A DNA stretch of 32,000 bases. Origin: an uncultured archaeon (lineage in GTDB: Archaea > Iainarchaeota > Iainarchaeia > Iainarchaeales > DATDZZ01). A program made the position numbers and the translations under genes. The DNA is taken from the NCBI GenBank assembly GCA_964373795.1, contig CAYJVY010000006.1:1-32000 (forward strand). The letters run 5' to 3'. Positions within the stretch are counted from its first letter, which is position 1. Every line of letters starts with the position of its first letter. This document shows, in pieces, positions 1-9,030 of this stretch. A model generated the notes under the pieces. That model worked only from the letters and a program-made list of their open reading frames with translations. It was not told the origin of the DNA and ran no database searches.

Positions 1-38
1 CAAGCTTTAAATAAAACAATTAACTAAAACTTAATAGT

Positions 39-941
39 ATGCCTTCAAGAAAAGTTGTTGCTAAAACAAAAAGTCCTAGAACCCTTAAAGAATTGCGAAA
101 AGTAACTAGAGACTTAGTTGGTTTTGCTAATTTTGGTCCAAGAATTGAACAAAAAATAAGGTCAAGAATTGGAGACTTAGTTAGACAAGGACTAATTTAT
201 AAACCGCAGCCTGAAAAATTAAATGAGTTTTTGTTAACTGCTAGAAGAGAGTTTGCAAGATATTTTGATTTTAGTAATAGTGATCACAGAATTGTTTTTG
301 AAAGAATAATGATTCATTTAAGAGAACTAATTCTTAAATCAAAACAGTCCACTCCAAAGCAACGACCAAAAAAAGCAATGTTTAAACCCGAAAGAAAAGA
401 ATTGCCTCACAAGTTTTACAGCAGAAAAGTTCTTAGCGCAGTAGTTTCTCTTGTTTTACAATTATATGCAGAAATGAACAAGAAAAAACCTGGATATCAA
501 TCAAGAGTTCTTGCTTTAAGAGAAAGAATTTTACGAAAAATTTTTACTGCAAAAGAAGCTCAATTTGTTAAAAGAGTTGAACAAATGTATTTACATGAAA
601 GAAGTTTGGAAGGAAGGAGATTACATTATGCAACAGAAAGAGATCTAGCTAGTAGCGTAATAAATTTGCATGATTTAATTTCAGAATCACAACATGCACA
701 CATATCTTTAGATGAAGCTAGAACTGTATTAAAAGAAGAAGCAAAAGACATTAAAGAAAAAGCTGAATACTTGTTAAGAAATTTAAATAAAAGAGTAATA
801 GGTGAAAAAGTATTGACAGGAGCGAAAGGAGAAAAAATAGTTAAAAAAAATTATTTTAGAAAGCTTCTTGAGCACGCAATGAATGGATCTGTTTTAATGC
901 AAGAAGCTTTAGACACTATGTTTAAACCAGACAGCGAATAA
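39..941 (+). CDS. hypothetical protein (300 aa), basic Arg/Lys-rich, probably helical; no family recognised
   Basis: Long uninterrupted ORF with an ATG start at 39 and a basic N-terminal tail, MPSRKVVAKTKSPRT. It ends about 11 nt before the 3' end of the convergent RNase P RNA. I can name no catalytic or binding motif. Confidence 0.6.
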   Translation: MPSRKVVAKTKSPRTLKELRKVTRDLVGFANFGPRIEQKIRSRIGDLVRQGLIYKPQPEKLNEFLLTARREFARYFDFSNSDHRIVFERIMIHLRELILKSKQSTPKQRPKKAMFKPERKELPHKFYSRKVLSAVVSLVLQLYAEMNKKKPGYQSRVLALRERILRKIFTAKEAQFVKRVEQMYLHERSLEGRRLHYATERDLASSVINLHDLISESQHAHISLDEARTVLKEEAKDIKEKAEYLLRNLNKRVIGEKVLTGAKGEKIVKKNYFRKLLEHAMNGSVLMQEALDTMFKPDSE

Positions 942-951
942 AAAAATTTTA

Positions 952-1354
952 GAGCAGTAGGTAGTAGGCTGCCTTTTGTTTTGAACCAGCATTCACCTAA
1001 GCGCCATTAAAGACTTGCACTCCGCTCGTTTTTCAGAGCGATTTTTCTTGAGTCGTTTCATCGAATTTCAAAACACTCAGTTTTCACTTCATTGTAGTCG
1101 CGCGGCAAGCGCGATCTGCTCGCGTTCAAGGCGCGTGACCTTGTTTTGAACCGTGTCGTTTCTGTTCCCAAGAAAACTCTTTCGAGTTTTTCATTAACTT
1201 TTTTTGCCAACTTTTTTGGTAAAAAAAGTTGAGTGGGCAGACCTTCCTCACAGCCTTTTAATAAAAGGCTGGCAAAAAAATGAAATTTTGCTTTCGCTTA
1301 ACTCCACTTAACCAGACTTTGCCAAAAAGCTGCGTAGCTAGTCTCCTACTACTC
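952..1354 (-). ncRNA. rnpB: RNase P RNA (archaeal type A-like); ends approximate
   Basis: Minus-strand reading shows CR-I-like GAGGAAGGTCTGCCC (plus 1235-1249). CR-IV-like CTTAGGTGAATGCTGG lies at plus 986-1001 (cf. AGAUGAAUGACUG). CR-V-like ACAAAAGGCAGCCTAC lies at plus 964-979 (cf. ACAGAAnnCGGCUUA). GGUCUGCC pairs with GGCAGCC leaving one bulged U, which is the conserved P4 geometry. AACAGAAACGACACGG (plus 1151-1166) resembles the conserved AACAGAnAGCAAACCG segment. A terminal helix forms between GAGTAGTAGG and CCTACTGCTC. A TATA-like element sits about 30 nt upstream (plus 1380-1390) and a T-run follows the 3' end. Confidence 0.75.
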
Positions 1355-1543
1355 TATACATTAATTACTGTTTTTAGATTTTAAAAAGGTTTTTATTAAC
1401 TAAAAGCATATTGTAGTAAAAAAGATTTATTAAAACCCGGTCATGTTCGGTTAAAACTTAATTAAGTTCTTTTGAAGGAAAATTATTATGGGAAAAGAAA
1501 ATTTGCAAAAGAAAAGAATTAAAACATTGAAACCTTTAATAAA

Positions 1544-1711
1544 ATGGATAAAAATTTTCAAAACCTTGGGGAAAAAACTGATAAATTTAATCTTGACCTG
1601 AATAATAATTTTGATAAAATGGACAAAAAATATCACACAATATCAGAGTCACTGCAAATAATTGCAAACTATTTCAAAAAACTTGATTCAAATTTCGAAA
1701 GAAAAATGTAA
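1544..1711 (+). CDS. possible small protein (55 aa) with a repeated (D/N)xxF(D/N/Q/E) pattern
   Basis: ATG-to-TAA ORF below the track cutoff: MDKNFQNLGEKTDKFNLDLNNNFDKMDKKYHTISESLQIIANYFKKLDSNFERKM. It lies between the 23S 3' end and the RNase P RNA, on the opposite strand. No GGTGA-type ribosome-binding site is visible upstream, so support is weak. Confidence 0.3.
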   Translation: MDKNFQNLGEKTDKFNLDLNNNFDKMDKKYHTISESLQIIANYFKKLDSNFERKM

Positions 1712-1757
1712 ACTGATGTCTAGTATTTTTCTAAAAAATTAAAAAAAGATTTATTTT

Positions 1758-1785
1758 GCATTGGAAATGAGACCCGAGTTATGAG
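1758..1785 (-). other. 3' arm of the 23S rRNA processing stem (putative bulge-helix-bulge substrate)
   Basis: CGAGTTATGAG (1775-1785) is perfectly complementary to CTCATAACTCG (4766-4776). GCATTGG (1758-1764) is complementary to CCAATGC (4787-4793). The two helices are separated by 10-nt unpaired segments on each arm. Confidence 0.7.
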
Positions 1786-4776
1786 CTCTCTTGAGCTTTT
1801 AGTGCTAGTCGGCTTAAACGGTCGCCGAAGCTCCCGCCTTACACCTCTAGTCTATTAATCCAGTCTTTTACTGGTGCTCTTGTCCCTAAGTCTTGACTCC
1901 GTAGAATCAAGAGTTTTAGGATTGATTGCTTATTTTTAGGGATTGCTTCGAGCTTAGATGCATTCAGCTCTTATCAATCACAGCGTAGCTACTCAGCAAT
2001 GCCTTGTCAGACAACTGATTAACCAGTGGCTGCGGTTCCACGTTCCTCTCGTACTAAGGGAACCTTACCCTCAAGCAATCTGCAACTCCAACAGATAGTA
2101 TCCAAACTGGCTCGCACCGTTCTCAACCCAACTAACGAATGGCTTTAATGAGTTAACACCTCCACCCTTGGCCGCTTATGCACGGCCAGGATGCCATGAG
2201 CCGACGGCGAGGTCGCAAACCGTGGGGTCGATATGAACTCTCACCCACGACCACTCAGTTACCCCCAGGGTAAGTTCACTGTTAGACCAGAATCCCATCA
2301 CAGGATTGCTGACGTTCGCTAAACCCAGGTTTCCCTTCTGCATTACTTGCTGTGCGTAATACAGTCAAGCCTGCTTTTGCTTTTACACTTAAAACAGGAT
2401 TTCTGACCCTGTTAAGCAGACCTTTGGGCGCCCCTGATATCTTTTCAGGGGCGTACCGCCCCAGTCTAACCACCAAGTCTAATGGTGTTCCTTTTCAGGT
2501 AAGCAATAAAGTTTTCTAAGGATGGTGTTACATTTTCGACTCAACAATTCCTGACGAAATTGCATCGATGTCTCCCATCTACGCTATACATAGAAAACTT
2601 TACCACAGCATCAGATTGTGGTAAACCTCCGTGGGGTCTTCTCTTCCCATTGGAGTTCCGCGGCATATTCACCGCGAAGTGAGTTCGTCAGGCCCCAATT
2701 CAGGACAGCCGGAATCTCGTTGCTTCCTTGGTGCAAGTCCGCAATAAACGGACAAGGTATTACGCTACCGTGAGAGCCTCAGAGTTAGGCCCGCTCTTTA
2801 CCAGCGCTTATTTCCCTTGAAAAGGAGTTTCACGTACTGGCAGTGAGCAGAAGTCAGTGACTATACAAACCATTGCTGGCTAGCAGTCACCTGTGTTTTT
2901 ATTAAACAGTCGGACTCCCCTTGTTATTGAAACCTAAAATTTATTCAATTTTAGGCACCCCTTATACCGAAGATACGGGGCTATTTGTGCCGAATTCCCT
3001 AAATTGTGTTATGCCTGTAACGCCTTAGCCTTCTCAGCTAGGGGCACTTTTCTTGGTTCTCGGTACGGGCATGTGAAATTCGATTATTTTTCTTTTCAAG
3101 GACTCCAGGCCTTAGCCAAAGGTTTCCCCTATTCCTAGATTTAATCTTTTTCTCAACATTACGTTTCTCCAAAGATTTATTCTAGTTAAATTGGCAGACA
3201 AGCCAACTCAGCTTAGCCCAAAGTGTCAAAAAATAATCTATCGTTGCCGAAAATGTATTCACATGGTACAGGAATATGAACCTGTTTCCCTTTCCCTTTA
3301 ACCGTATTAAGGTAAAGGTTAGGACCGACTAACCCTTAGCTAAACATTAGCGCTAAGGAACCCTGGCCCTTTCGGCGGAAAGGATTCTCACCTTTCTATT
3401 TTACTACTAGCACGAAGATCCATATTTCTGGCAGATCCACACGAAATTTCTTCCGTGCTTCTACTCCACCAAAATACCTCCCTACTTAATTTCCAAATTC
3501 AATTGGAATCCTTTGGTATCGGCAGCTAGTTTAGCCCAGGGAATCTTCAAGGCCTTTATTCTAGGTGGGTGAGCTGTTACGCTTTCTTTAAAGGATGGCT
3601 GCTTCTAAGCCAACCTCCCCACTGTCTTAGAATAGAGACGCTTTTCCGTGTAACACTTAACTAGCATTTTTGGGCCTTAACCAAAGTCTGGGTTCATTCC
3701 CTCTAGGAGTCAAAGCTTACCCCACGACCCCCTACTCCAGCCTTCTCAGACAATACTAGTTTCGGAGTTTGAAAAGAAAGCTGGAAGTTTCCAACCAGTA
3801 CCTTCTAATCAGTATCTCTACTCTAGTATTCGTCTCCAGCCAGGCTAACCTAAGAGTTAATTCGGGAGGAGCCCGCTATCACCAAGTTCGAATGGCATAT
3901 TACCCCTAGGCCCAGGTCATTCAAACAGTAGGACTAATACTGGTTCAGGCCTCCATCTCCCGGAAGGAAGATTTCGCCTTGCCCAGGTCTAGATCACTTG
4001 GTTTCGGGTCTAATCCTTGTGACTAAAAGCACTTTCATACTTCAACCCTTTCTCTTGCGAGATGTGGTTAATTGGTTTCCCTATGACTTCTCGTTTAACA
4101 CGATTAGTCTTGCCACAAAAATTAACTCCTTCGCTCGTGCTTCAGGACGAACGACATGACTTCGATCCACTCAACTCGATTAAATTTTTTCAAATTCTTT
4201 CTTCGAAGAGCTTCAATTCTTTCAAGCCATGTCAGCCTATTGCCAACTAGTTTCAAGCGCTTTTCAATCCCTGTTAAGGGTGCTTTTCAACTTTCCTTCA
4301 CAGTACTCGTGAACTATCGGACTCAAGAAATATTTAGAATTAGGAGATGATGACTCCCAATCTTCTTACGCGAAATTCGACGCGCAATACTCTTGGACTT
4401 CAAGAATTATCCTTAAATTATTTGAATACGAGGCTATCACTCTCTATGGCGCTCCGTTCCAGGAGACTTCTACTCCAATTAAAGGATATACTCAAGCCAA
4501 CACCACATCTCCCTAGCATTACTGTTAGGGATTCAGTTTGTTCTCTGCTGTGTTCGATCGACTCTACTAACAGCATCGCTATTGCTTTCTTTTCCTGCAG
4601 GTACTAAGATGCTTCAATTCCCCGCGTTTCTTTTCATACATTACTGCATGAATGATTCAGGTATCCTTGGTTCAATGCCTGCATGCGGCTCGCCAAGGCT
4701 TTTCGCAGCTTGCCACGCCCTTCATCAGTTCTTGAGCCTAGTTATCCACTAGCTGGCTTTCAGAACTCATAACTCG
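1775..4776 (-). rRNA. rrl: 23S (large subunit) rRNA; ends approximate (+/- 20 nt)
   Basis: The minus strand contains the conserved 5' region ...GTGGATAACTAGGCTCAAGAACTGATGAAGGGCGTGGCAAGCTGCGAAAAGCC. Near the 3' end it contains GCTGAATGCATCTAAGC (plus about 1950-1966). Length of about 3.0 kb is normal, it is GC-enriched relative to flanks, and it is bounded by the complementary processing arms. ORFs in the track here are short, on both strands, and spurious. Confidence 0.92.
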
Positions 4777-4793
4777 ACAGATCTATCCAATGC
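4766..4793 (-). other. 5' arm of the 23S rRNA processing stem
   Basis: Complement of 1758-1785, as described for that arm. Confidence 0.7.
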
Positions 4794-4979
4794 ATTCGCC
4801 GCCACATCAGGCGTGTCTGAGTACAGTGCTAAAGCACTGGACATCACGCCAACAATGTATTATAGCGATTTTGAAGCAAGAAAAAACTCCTGCCCCTCAC
4901 ATGCTCTAAAAGCATGATTTCTTACAAACTTTTGTAAGCATAAAACCTTTTTCAAAAAAGGTATGTAAAACTTTTTTTT

Positions 4980-5071
4980 GTAATTTTCTTTTCCCATGTT
5001 TTCTTTTGTAATCTTTTTTCTTTTCTCATGTTTTCTTTTGCAAGCTTTTTTCTTTTGCAAGCTTTTCTTTC
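4980..5071 (-). repeat. degenerate tandem repeats in the tRNA(Ala)-23S spacer (purine-rich in the RNA sense)
   Basis: Plus-strand units are GTAATTTTCTTTTCCCATGTTTTCTTTT (4980-5007) and GTAATCTTTTTTCTTTTCTCATGTTTTCTTTT (5008-5039). These are followed by GCAAGCTTTTTTCTTTT and GCAAGCTTTTCTTTC. Short hairpins flank the array at 4921-4938 (CTTACAAA/TTTGTAAG) and 5061-5081 (GCTTTTC/GAAAAGC). Confidence 0.7.
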
Positions 5072-5085
5072 TAAGAAAAGCTTAA

Positions 5086-5159
5086 TGGACTCAGCGGGAT
5101 TTGAACCCGCAACCTCCTCGGTGCAAACGAGGCGCTCTACCAGGTTGAGCTATAAGCCC
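5086..5159 (-). tRNA. tRNA-Ala (anticodon UGC), no intron, CCA not encoded
   Basis: Minus strand reads GGGCTTATAGCTCAACCTGGTAGAGCGCCTCGTTTGCACCGAGGAGGTTGCGGGTTCAAATCCCGCTGAGTCCA. It forms a cloverleaf with anticodon loop TTTGCAC, a G3:U70 pair (the Ala identity element) and T-loop GGTTCAAATCC. The spacer position is typical of archaeal rRNA operons. Confidence 0.93.
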
Positions 5160-5283
5160 TTTCCTTGCATTTAGAGCTCCTTCGCATTGCTTTTGCGAGG
5201 AAAACCCTAATGTTGCACTCATTGGGTTAGCTAAATTATTTTTGTGTCTTTTCCTTCAAGATGCTGTCTCCCCGGCAAGGGCA

Positions 5284-5460
5284 ATGCCTGCATGGGCACT
5301 CAGCCGCGGTCACGCGCGGCAAGCGCGATGCCCACGTGGGCACTCAGCCTCGCCGACTGCGACGTCTCGTGCGTCGAGCGCGAGGGCCGACATCGGCCTT
5401 CAGCTTCTCCGGCTGATCGCTTCAGCCTCGCCGGCTGCTCTGCATCAGCCTCGCCGGCTG
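5284..5460 (-). repeat. GC-rich array of short hairpins and direct repeats inside the 16S-tRNA(Ala) spacer
   Basis: By hand count, 126 of 180 nt are G+C over 5281-5460. Four copies of a 15-nt self-complementary unit (RNA sense CAGCCGGCGAGGCUG, a 5-bp stem with a GGCGA loop) lie at 5345-5359, 5401-5415, 5423-5437 and 5446-5460. A 22-nt direct repeat, ATGCCYRCRTGGGCACTCAGCC, occurs at 5284-5305 and 5328-5349 (19/22 identical). A perfect 14-nt palindrome TGCCCACGTGGGCA lies at 5329-5342. Confidence 0.85.
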
Positions 5461-5466
5461 AACGGC

Positions 5467-5510
5467 GTTTGAGTTAATTAAAGCTTACAAGAAAGTCTTT
5501 GACTCTTTTT
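5467..5510 (-). other. 3' arm of the 16S rRNA processing stem
   Basis: The reverse complement of 5467-5510 is AAAAAGAGTCAAAGACTTTCTTGTAAGCTTTAATTAACTCAAAC. This aligns with 7100-7144, AAAAAGAGTCAAAGATTTTTCTTATAATTAACCTTTAACTCAAAC. The alignment has a 15-bp perfect core plus interrupted extensions, as expected for an archaeal bulge-helix-bulge processing helix. Confidence 0.8.
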
Positions 5511-5542
5511 AGTGGCAAGCAATTTTTTGCTTGCTTATTGAA

Positions 5543-7033
<1,491 letters not shown>

Positions 7034-7097
7034 TATTTTTACTCCTATCACTCAACAAATAGTTTCACTTAATATTGGAATTGTGTTAGCACACTTC

Positions 7098-7144
7098 AAA
7101 AAAAGAGTCAAAGATTTTTCTTATAATTAACCTTTAACTCAAAC
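7098..7144 (-). other. 5' arm of the 16S rRNA processing stem
   Basis: Complement of 5467-5510, as described for that arm. Confidence 0.8.
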
Positions 7145-7324
7145 CAGCATCACGTCAAAAAAAACTTTGACGCTCATGAATAAGACACAAATATGAATGG
7201 CTCGAGTATTGGGATAAAAAATTTGGAGCTGATGCATCAGAAAAAATCTGATCCAAGTAAATTCATTCTCGCCACTAACTGGCTTATCTGAATTGAACAA
7301 TTTTAACCGCGTGTAAACGGTTTA

Positions 7325-7372
7325 AATTTATTATATTATATGTGCAATTTATATTTATAAATGTTTTCTTCA
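7325..7372. promoter_or_regulatory. AT-rich divergent promoter region (rRNA operon leftward, UbiA gene rightward), TATA-like boxes
   Basis: TTTAAATTTATTATATTATATGTGCAATTTATATTTATAAATG lies between the 16S leader and the ATG at 7401. It contains several TTTATA/TATAAA elements on both strands. The exact boxes and transcription start sites cannot be fixed from sequence alone. Confidence 0.3.
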
Positions 7373-7400
7373 ACTTGTTTTGTTATTTGTTGAGATTTAC

Positions 7401-8348
7401 ATGAATTTATTGAAATTTTTTCAAGGAGTTTTAACTCTTATAAGGCCTTTTGAATGGAGTAAGCCTTTTGGAAACATGTTGATTGCAGCTTTAGTTGCAA
7501 TGTATTTAAGTAATTCTTTAGATTTTTCTTTTAACACTATTTTAAATTTTTTAATTGCATTCATTTCAGTTGGGCCTTTGCTTTGGGGTGGTTTGTATGC
7601 TTTAAATGATTGGACTGATATTGAAAAAGACAAGCATCATCCAGTGAAAAAAGAAAGGCCTTTGCCTTCAGGAATTGTTTCTCCAAATCAAGGACTGTTT
7701 ATTGCTGTTTCATTCATTATTCTTTCATTGCTTGTTGGTTGGACAATTAATTTTCTTTTCTTTGTTTGCTTGATTGGAATGCTATTAAATCAATTGCTTT
7801 ACACTATTCCTCCAATTAAGTTAAAAGAAAAACCTGTATTGGATTTAATTTCTGGCTCCCTAATTAATCCAATTTTTAGGTTTTATGCTGGATGGGTTTT
7901 ATTTAATCCAAACTTTAATGCTCCGATTTTGTTTTTGTTATTCATTTTAGGAATTCAGTTTGGAGGTTACACTTTATACAGGTTAAGTGGAAAGCAAGTT
8001 GAAAAAAAATTAAATTACAAGTCAAGTGTAATCTTGTTTGGCGAAAAAAATTTGAAATTAATTTCTTATGCCTCAATTTTTATTGGCTGTGCAAGTTTTA
8101 TTTTCATTACTCTTTCCTCAACTTTTTTTCTTTCACTTGTTTTTTTAGGATCTCTTCCCATAATTTTTTTATTTTATGGAATAATTGTTTTAATTCCATT
8201 ACTTGTTTTAATGTATCCTTCTCTAGTTGCTCCAGACAAAATTGACATTAAAAAAATGTATGGAATTGTTTACTCTGCATACATTCTTTTCTTGCTAGGC
8301 TTTATTTTAATTTTCTATTTAATTAAATTAAAAATTTTAGTCGTCTGA
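7401..8348 (+). CDS. UbiA-family integral-membrane prenyltransferase paralogue
   Basis: Polytopic hydrophobic protein carrying the first Asp-rich motif LNDWTDIEKDKHHPVKKERPLPSG. ATG 7401 (MNLLKFF...) is preferred over the track's alternative TTG start at 7380. Confidence 0.75.
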   Translation: MNLLKFFQGVLTLIRPFEWSKPFGNMLIAALVAMYLSNSLDFSFNTILNFLIAFISVGPLLWGGLYALNDWTDIEKDKHHPVKKERPLPSGIVSPNQGLFIAVSFIILSLLVGWTINFLFFVCLIGMLLNQLLYTIPPIKLKEKPVLDLISGSLINPIFRFYAGWVLFNPNFNAPILFLLFILGIQFGGYTLYRLSGKQVEKKLNYKSSVILFGEKNLKLISYASIFIGCASFIFITLSSTFFLSLVFLGSLPIIFLFYGIIVLIPLLVLMYPSLVAPDKIDIKKMYGIVYSAYILFLLGFILIFYLIKLKILVV

Positions 8349-8445
8349 TTTATTTTATACATATCTCGTGTCAAAATATGTCTAATTGTATTTTAAAAAA
8401 TAAATTAGGTTAATATTATAAAATGTGAAAAAAAGAAATTAACCT

Positions 8446-8574
8446 TTACTCAGATCTTTTTTTTAAGTATCTTTTTTTTCTTTTCTTTTTACGCATTTTC
8501 TTTTTTTTCCATTTCCATCTTTGTCTTGCATGCGTTTTTTTAAATCTGCTTGAATCTTTTGAAGTTGTAGCCAT
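8446..8574 (-). CDS. rpl41e: ribosomal protein L41e (42 aa)
   Basis: ORF below the track cutoff: MATTSKDSSRFKKTHARQRWKWKKKKMRKKKRKKRYLKKRSE. The core RWKWKKKKMRKKKRKKR parallels eukaryotic L41 (MRAKWRKKRMRRLKRKRRK) and the archaeal RMRWKW-type L41e. AGGTGA lies 4 nt upstream of the ATG. Confidence 0.7.
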   Translation of the reverse strand: MATTSKDSSRFKKTHARQRWKWKKKKMRKKKRKKRYLKKRSE

Positions 8575-8764
8575 TAATTCACCTAACAAAAATATTGCAC
8601 ATTTACTTTAAAAAACTAGCTATTAATTTTTTTATTTTCAAGTGTTCAAAAAAATTTTGCTTACAATTTTTTTAGAAAAAAATATTTTTTTTATTTTTTT
8701 GAGAGAACATTTATATATTACGTTGCACTATTTAGTTATACAATTAAATTTTGGAGGAATTGTA

Positions 8765-8833
8765 ATGGCTGCAAAGAAAAAACATGCAAAGAGAAAACCT
8801 GCTCACAAAGGCAAAGCTAAACGAAGAAGATAG
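8765..8833 (+). CDS. possible 22-aa highly basic micropeptide
   Basis: MAAKKKHAKRKPAHKGKAKRRR, with GGAGG (8753-8757) 7 nt upstream of the ATG. A GGAATTAATTTCC hairpin and T-runs follow. The longer 8642 start in the track is low-complexity sequence and unlikely to be real. Confidence 0.4.
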   Translation: MAAKKKHAKRKPAHKGKAKRRR

Positions 8834-9030
8834 TTTAGCGCTAAAATAAAGGGGAATTAATTTCCTATCTTTTTATTTTCTTCATCTTTTTTTTATTTTT
8901 TTAATTTTATTCCTTTTTAACATGGTTTTTTCTATTATTCTTTTTAGAATATTTTTATCAACAAATATTATTATTTATTCTTTCCCAATTTTAATTTATA
9001 CAATTGTAATTAATTTTGGCGTGTTTGTTA

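Noticed and set aside
1451-1636. 61-aa Ile/Phe/Lys-rich ORF on the minus strand
   Set aside because: It is low-complexity translation of AT-rich DNA. It is antisense to the somewhat more protein-like 55-aa plus-strand ORF, and neither is strongly supported.
952-1770. Search for a 5S rRNA downstream of the 23S, and elsewhere in GC-enriched patches (16002-16075, 22240-22330)
   Set aside because: No segment of about 120 nt has 5S-like helices or conserved loops. The GC-enriched block downstream of the 23S is instead explained by RNase P RNA motifs.
2282-4607. Track ORFs inside the 23S rRNA (2282-2476 minus; 4062-4250, 4156-4350 and 4347-4607 plus)
   Set aside because: They lie wholly within recognisable large-subunit rRNA sequence. 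They are short, overlap each other and sit on both strands. These are typical spurious ORFs in GC-enriched rRNA.
4860-5060. Lys-rich 66-aa ORF on the rRNA strand in the tRNA(Ala)-23S spacer
   Set aside because: Its K-rich sequence is a by-product of the purine-rich tandem repeats. It lies inside the pre-rRNA spacer and has no ribosome-binding site.
5242-5477. Two overlapping Ala/Arg/Ser-rich ORFs (76 and 77 aa) across the GC-rich spacer module
   Set aside because: Open frames in two phases are expected by chance in 70% G+C sequence. They are antisense to the rRNA transcript, lack a ribosome-binding site, and have repeat-driven composition. The region is better explained as structured RNA or repeat.
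8642-8764. Upstream extension of the 63-aa track ORF 8642-8833
   Set aside because: The extension is F/I/L/K low-complexity sequence from an alternative start. The GGAGG site points to the internal ATG at 8765, so only the 22-aa peptide is retained, and at low confidence.
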